Shown: one piece after another, positions 59,699 to 64,000 of the stretch
How positions within the stretch are numbered: the stretch's first letter is position 1
Layout of the letters: each line of letters opens with the position of its first letter
Origin: a virus
Lineage: Duplodnaviria; Caudoviricetes
IMG/VR virus record: IMGVR_UViG_3300025924_000020
Coordinates: 1 to 64,000 of that record
DNA: 64,000 bases
Strand: one strand, 5' to 3'
Notes under the pieces: model-generated
The model's input: the letters and a program-made list of their open reading frames with translations, nothing else
Databases searched by the model: none
Told to the model about the DNA's origin: nothing
Program-made: the position numbers and the translations under genes

Positions 59699-60745
59699 TT
59701 AGTGCCTTGTGGCTTCTTGATACTTTAATTCATCCATATCTCTAGCATCTGGTAGTTGACTAAATAGCCCAATCATACCATCAAACTTGAGATCTATTAC
59801 TTTATTGTTTTCTCCTCTTCTATTCTTCAAAATGTGTAAGCTTCTATACCATGATCTCAATTGATTCATGTCATAGCCTCTAAATGTAGTTTGCTCTTCA
59901 GGTAAATGCCTGATTGGATCGTATAATCCAAGAACAATGTCTGCATCTTTTGTAGGTCTTTTTGAGTCTTCAAAGTCAGTTAATTTTGGTGTTACACTAC
60001 CAAACCTCCTTCTTTCTGTAGTAGACAAGTCACCATGAAACTGTTGTACAATAACAAATGTAAAGTTACATTTATTCCTGAACCATACTGATATTCTACT
60101 GATCCTATCAATTGTACTTTTGATAGTTGTGTGTCCGGAATCCATTTCTGCTAAGTTTACAGTGTCTAAAGCAACTATGATATACAGATTAGGGTTATTA
60201 GGCGTATATGTTCCACATTCACTTATAAGTGCTGCTTCTCTACTAAATCTACCATTAGCCTTAGCTACATTCATTAGAATATCGTGATACTTATTAGGTG
60301 TGATATCCTCGTCGAATATTAGGCATTTAGATAAGAATTCAGCAAAGTATTCATCCATATCTTCTATTAGAATATTACCTTCATCACTAAGTCCTCGTAA
60401 GATTCGCTTAGGTGGAATTATCTTCTGATAGTCAAAGTACAACTTTCTTGTCATTGCTCCAGCTAATCCTATCTCTGGAGTAATCTCTAAACTAAGATCT
60501 ACAAATAAAACATCTAATTTAGTAGGATCATTTATCCTTTTATAGTATTCATATGGTGTATGAATATACTTGTCTCTGACTAAAGATGTCTTACCAACAG
60601 AACTCTCAGCTCCTACTAGAATATATGTTCCTTGTGTTATACCATCAGTATGATCATCTAGCTTCTGTATAGTAGTTGGTATATGATTTACACTACCATC
60701 TCTGCCTTTAGCAATTAATGCCTTTGTTCTATGTAATACACTCAT
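59699..60745 (-). CDS. DnaB-like replicative helicase
   Basis: GAESSVGKT, SLE, ALD, VQQ, DADIVLGL, LKNRRG. Confidence 0.88.
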   Translation of the reverse strand: MSVLHRTKALIAKGRDGSVNHIPTTIQKLDDHTDGITQGTYILVGAESSVGKTSLVRDKYIHTPYEYYKRINDPTKLDVLFVDLSLEITPEIGLAGAMTRKLYFDYQKIIPPKRILRGLSDEGNILIEDMDEYFAEFLSKCLIFDEDITPNKYHDILMNVAKANGRFSREAALISECGTYTPNNPNLYIIVALDTVNLAEMDSGHTTIKSTIDRISRISVWFRNKCNFTFVIVQQFHGDLSTTERRRFGSVTPKLTDFEDSKRPTKDADIVLGLYDPIRHLPEEQTTFRGYDMNQLRSWYRSLHILKNRRGENNKVIDLKFDGMIGLFSQLPDARDMDELKYQEATRH

Positions 60746-61225
60746 TTAATCCTCCCAGCGACTGCTACCATCTATCCTTGCTTCATTACTAGACTCTTTA
60801 TAGTGATCGTATTCATCCTTCCACACATCATTTATAAGGTATCTAGATAATATTATCTTGTAGGTGACAGTCTTATAGTAATGCTTCGTTGAGGCTACAA
60901 GTCTATCATAGTTAACTGTTGGGTCACTAAGTATTGAGATAAGTTTCTTTACAGCTGGAAGGTTATACTGTCGTACAGTATAGCTACCTGTTGGAGTATT
61001 AACTCTGTGAGGTATTTCTGCATCTCTAATAAACTTATTCCAAATCTCTTTTTTGTCAATGGTGTACTTAACAGTCGTTGTTGCTGGTAATGATTCAAAA
61101 TCTATATCAGTTTGTACACCACCTTTTAAATCATCATTCAGCTTCTTAGTGATTACAAAGTCATTATAGACCATGATTCCATAACCATTATCCAATAACC
61201 ATTTCACAACTTCTTCTAAAGCCAT
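60746..61225 (-). CDS. Hypothetical protein, possible helicase loader/initiator
   Basis: Directly upstream of the DnaB-like gene; YL...W motif. Confidence 0.4.
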   Translation of the reverse strand: MALEEVVKWLLDNGYGIMVYNDFVITKKLNDDLKGGVQTDIDFESLPATTTVKYTIDKKEIWNKFIRDAEIPHRVNTPTGSYTVRQYNLPAVKKLISILSDPTVNYDRLVASTKHYYKTVTYKIILSRYLINDVWKDEYDHYKESSNEARIDGSSRWED

Positions 61226-61416
61226 TTAGGAGGTTTACTTTTTTCTAGTACTCTAACTAACTCACATAAACCATACCATAATAGTACGAACCAACTAAAG
61301 ATGAATGATAGTACTACATCAGCCCAGTTTCTACTGTAACCCCTTCTGTATTGTGTTTTCTTTATGATGAAGTATGATACTACTCCTCCTATCAAATAAA
61401 AATATAGCCATATCAT
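61216..61416 (-). CDS. Small two-TM membrane protein
   Basis: Two hydrophobic segments. Confidence 0.55.
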   Translation of the reverse strand: MIWLYFYLIGGVVSYFIIKKTQYRRGYSRNWADVVLSFIFSWFVLLWYGLCELVRVLEKSKPPKWL

Positions 61417-62678
61417 AATCTTTCAATGTTTAAGTCTTCTTTCAATGTAATTGTTTTAGAGTTAGTAAGATTAAATGATGCTGTCATTTTATCTGCCCAA
61501 TTTCTTGCTTGTGTTGCTATTGTCATTTTGGTAAAGCTACCATTAACCTGCCTAACCATCTCCTCAAAGACTGGTATAAGAATGTATACTTTGAGAGTTT
61601 GATCTGGTCTTAGTCTTAATCCTCTACCATGTGTCTGCACAAAAGATGTTTCACTCCCATCATATGATTCATAGATAATGGTATCTACTCCAACTAAGTT
61701 AACGCCTCTATTCACCTTCTTAACTACAGCGACCTCTTTTATTTCTCCAGAGTTGAGTTTATCTAATGCAGTATTATCTTGTTCATTTTTACCATGAAAT
61801 GGGTTAGGTAATTTATCACATTGCTTAGTTAATGAGCTGAAAATCAATATCTTATGACCTTCTTCTTGGTGTATCTTATTAATTAGATTCTGAGTTACTT
61901 TTATAGAAGAATCTAAGTTGTTAAGTATAGACTTTCGCTTAGTAGCTTTTATTTTGAAGTTCCAATCGGCAGCCTTCCAATCAGCTTGAGTACTAGCAAT
62001 AACATTCATAAGTCTATACTTCTTTTCAAGATTTGCTTTAACGATCATAGCTTTATGATACTCTTTATCATAGTATTTGTATTGATCGTTTTCAGATGTC
62101 ATAAACTTACCACCATCTCTCTTCTTCTGCTCTATTGTTTTCTGTTTGCTTAAAGGATACTTAACGAATATGAATTCACTCTTGTTTAGTATACCTGCTT
62201 CTTGTAGGTCTTGTACTTCTGCTTTGTAACAGATTGGCAAGAAGCTATTGATAAATGCTTCTTTCTCTTCAGTTACGAAACCAGTCATACCTAACACTAT
62301 TTTACATTCATTATTGTCAAAGAACTTTTTGTATTCTTCAGCAATAAAGTCTAACTCATCTGCTATTACTAGATCGAATTTCCTACCAACCCATTTATAA
62401 GCTGTTTGGTAGCACTCTGATTCAATAGATTCCCATCTATATCCCCACTTATCAAACTCTTTCTTCCAGTTTTCATCTCTAAGAAGAGTAGAGTTAGTAA
62501 GAAGTAATATTTTGTCATAACCATTTACGTAATATTCTTTCAAAAAGAATTCTTTTAGAATATCTATAGCAATCTTAGACTTACCACTACCTGTAGGAAC
62601 TACAATAGTATTCTTCCTATCACTTTCTAACCACGCGGCTTTTGCTTCTTGTTGTAGTCTCTCTCTTGGGTCTTGCAT
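61413..62678 (-). CDS. Superfamily 2 helicase
   Basis: PTGSGKS, IADELD, GMTG, RGVNL, QTHGRGLR. Confidence 0.9.
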   Translation of the reverse strand: MQDPRERLQQEAKAAWLESDRKNTIVVPTGSGKSKIAIDILKEFFLKEYYVNGYDKILLLTNSTLLRDENWKKEFDKWGYRWESIESECYQTAYKWVGRKFDLVIADELDFIAEEYKKFFDNNECKIVLGMTGFVTEEKEAFINSFLPICYKAEVQDLQEAGILNKSEFIFVKYPLSKQKTIEQKKRDGGKFMTSENDQYKYYDKEYHKAMIVKANLEKKYRLMNVIASTQADWKAADWNFKIKATKRKSILNNLDSSIKVTQNLINKIHQEEGHKILIFSSLTKQCDKLPNPFHGKNEQDNTALDKLNSGEIKEVAVVKKVNRGVNLVGVDTIIYESYDGSETSFVQTHGRGLRLRPDQTLKVYILIPVFEEMVRQVNGSFTKMTIATQARNWADKMTASFNLTNSKTITLKEDLNIERL

Positions 62679-63240
62679 GAATTTTGAAATCCGTAAATGT
62701 ACCTGTCTTCATTTTATTATCGATAGAGTTTCTATTTTGACCTATAGCTCTACAAGCGTCACTAAGAGAATTGTAAATTTCCCCAGTAGGAAGGTATTCT
62801 ACTTTGTGACCAGTGGTATTTTTATTTATAAGTCTAGAAGTTGCCTTCATCTTAATAATGGTGCTAACCTTGTGTTTTCTTCCTTTAGCTGCTTTTCCAA
62901 GTTTCTTTTTAGTTTCATTTGATACCACTATATTAGTAGTTCCTTCTCCTCCATCAGTTAAATTGCATAATGTACCTAATCCTAAGTCTCTTCTACCATA
63001 GAGTTTAATGAATTCTACCTCCTTAATTTTAGCTTCTACTAGTGTTAAATCATCTAACATTATCTCTACTTCGTAGGGAGTTTTAGCAGTTATATTGTTC
63101 CAGAAATTGCTTCTTTTTCTCTTTGAGAATGCCCTATGATATTCCCTACCTGGTCCCTTATATGATTTTTCTTTAGTTCCTATACCGATATAAAAGACTT
63201 CATTTTTATCTAATCTGATATGCCTGTAAATATAATTCAT
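62620..63240 (-). CDS. Free-standing homing endonuclease (GIY-YIG-like with NUMOD repeats)
   Basis: YIYRH...FYIGIG, E..FIKLYG, LCNLTDGGEG, SNETKKKLG (NUMOD3), YNSLSDACR HTH. Confidence 0.8.
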   Translation of the reverse strand: MNYIYRHIRLDKNEVFYIGIGTKEKSYKGPGREYHRAFSKRKRSNFWNNITAKTPYEVEIMLDDLTLVEAKIKEVEFIKLYGRRDLGLGTLCNLTDGGEGTTNIVVSNETKKKLGKAAKGRKHKVSTIIKMKATSRLINKNTTGHKVEYLPTGEIYNSLSDACRAIGQNRNSIDNKMKTGTFTDFKIHARPKRETTTRSKSRVVRK

Positions 63241-63252
63241 ACGACAAAGGTA

Positions 63253-64000
63253 CTATTTATTCCAGTAGGTAGCAAATTTTCCATCACATTCCATATCAAT
63301 TTCTTTCATAAGATAGTTTTTGGCCGCCCTCTTCATCAAGTTCATAATTCTCTCTAAGAACCATTCTTTTTTTTCAAATGGAACATCGTAGATTAATTCA
63401 TCATGAACTTGTAAAACAAATTTACAATCCTGTTTAAATAAGTTAGCCCAAAGATCAATCATACACATAGCCTCTCGTACAATATCACTATTGGTACCTT
63501 GGATTGGGGAGTTTCTAGATGCAGCTTCTACCTCTAATAGAGTTGACTTGTCTATAGGAAAATCATAATGTTTATGATCAAGAATTGGTGTAAACCATCT
63601 TCTACTATTAGTCCTAGTATTATGAATAACGTAACCATTTTCGGTTGCTTTCTTAGCTTTATTTTCTAGAAAACTAATTACTCGTGGTACTTCATTCTTT
63701 ATTACGTCAATACAAATTTGACCTTCTTCAACAGTTATTTGTGCAGTGTTAGCTACCTTAGTCGCAAAAATTCCGTATGCGACTGGAAATAAACCCGCAG
63801 AGTTTTTAAACTTATGTCGTTCTTTTTCCTTCTCTACATTTGTTTTATTCATTTCATAAGTTTCTGACAACTGCTTCCACTTAGGGTCACCAGTTTTCAT
63901 ATACCTATTAGCATAAATAGCTCTATAACATTTAGTACCAAAATAACTGTGCATATCAGGTAAATCAAGTATCGCTTTTACAGTCAAGTCCTCTGCTAAG
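63253..64000 (-). CDS. polA: DNA polymerase family A, C-terminal part (continues beyond the window)
   Basis: DMHS, motif B K...F..AYG, NSPIQGT..D, motif C QVHDELIY. Confidence 0.92.
   Translation of the reverse strand, partial: LAEDLTVKAILDLPDMHSYFGTKCYRAIYANRYMKTGDPKWKQLSETYEMNKTNVEKEKERHKFKNSAGLFPVAYGIFATKVANTAQITVEEGQICIDVIKNEVPRVISFLENKAKKATENGYVIHNTRTNSRRWFTPILDHKHYDFPIDKSTLLEVEAASRNSPIQGTNSDIVREAMCMIDLWANLFKQDCKFVLQVHDELIYDVPFEKKEWFLERIMNLMKRAAKNYLMKEIDMECDGKFATYWNK

Noticed and set aside
44324-63001. Short + strand or alternate-frame ORFs within the minus-strand block
   Set aside because: Nested in well-supported genes, with no motifs.
1-64000. Genome-wide stop-codon reassignment (TAG or TGA), as in some crAss-like phages
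   Set aside because: Very long ORFs are intact under the standard code, and TAG and TGA end genes at tightly packed boundaries. Only one internal stop (TAA) was noticed.

Overview
This window is a 64 kb piece of a crAss-like (Crassvirales-type) podovirus genome. The host is probably a Bacteroidota species, judged from a TTTG-N20-TAnnTTTG promoter and A-rich start regions without Shine-Dalgarno sequences. The genetic code appears standard. The + strand (1-37250) is the virion module: post-capsid genes, a GroES-like gene, ring/hub proteins, two tail fibres, an IHF-like gene, a GH108 endolysin, a holin/spanin-like trio, the muzzle, cargo proteins and a 4781-aa virion RNA polymerase polyprotein. 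The - strand (37279-64000) is the replication and accessory module: PolA C-terminus, homing endonuclease, SF2 and DnaB helicases, Sak4-like ATPase, primase, Ung, exonuclease and an ECF sigma-like factor. Most notable: (1) a putative complete phage ubiquitin-like conjugation operon (Ubl, E2-like, JAB, E1/ThiF); (2) a cluster of tRNA-shaped RNAs with non-canonical loops; (3) a counter-defence island with NARP1-type NAD+ reconstitution, RNA repair, a macrodomain gene with an in-frame TAA and a mini kinase-like gene; (4) a circularly permuted histidine phosphatase inside the vRNAP polyprotein. All calls come from reading motifs and synteny by eye; no searches were run.
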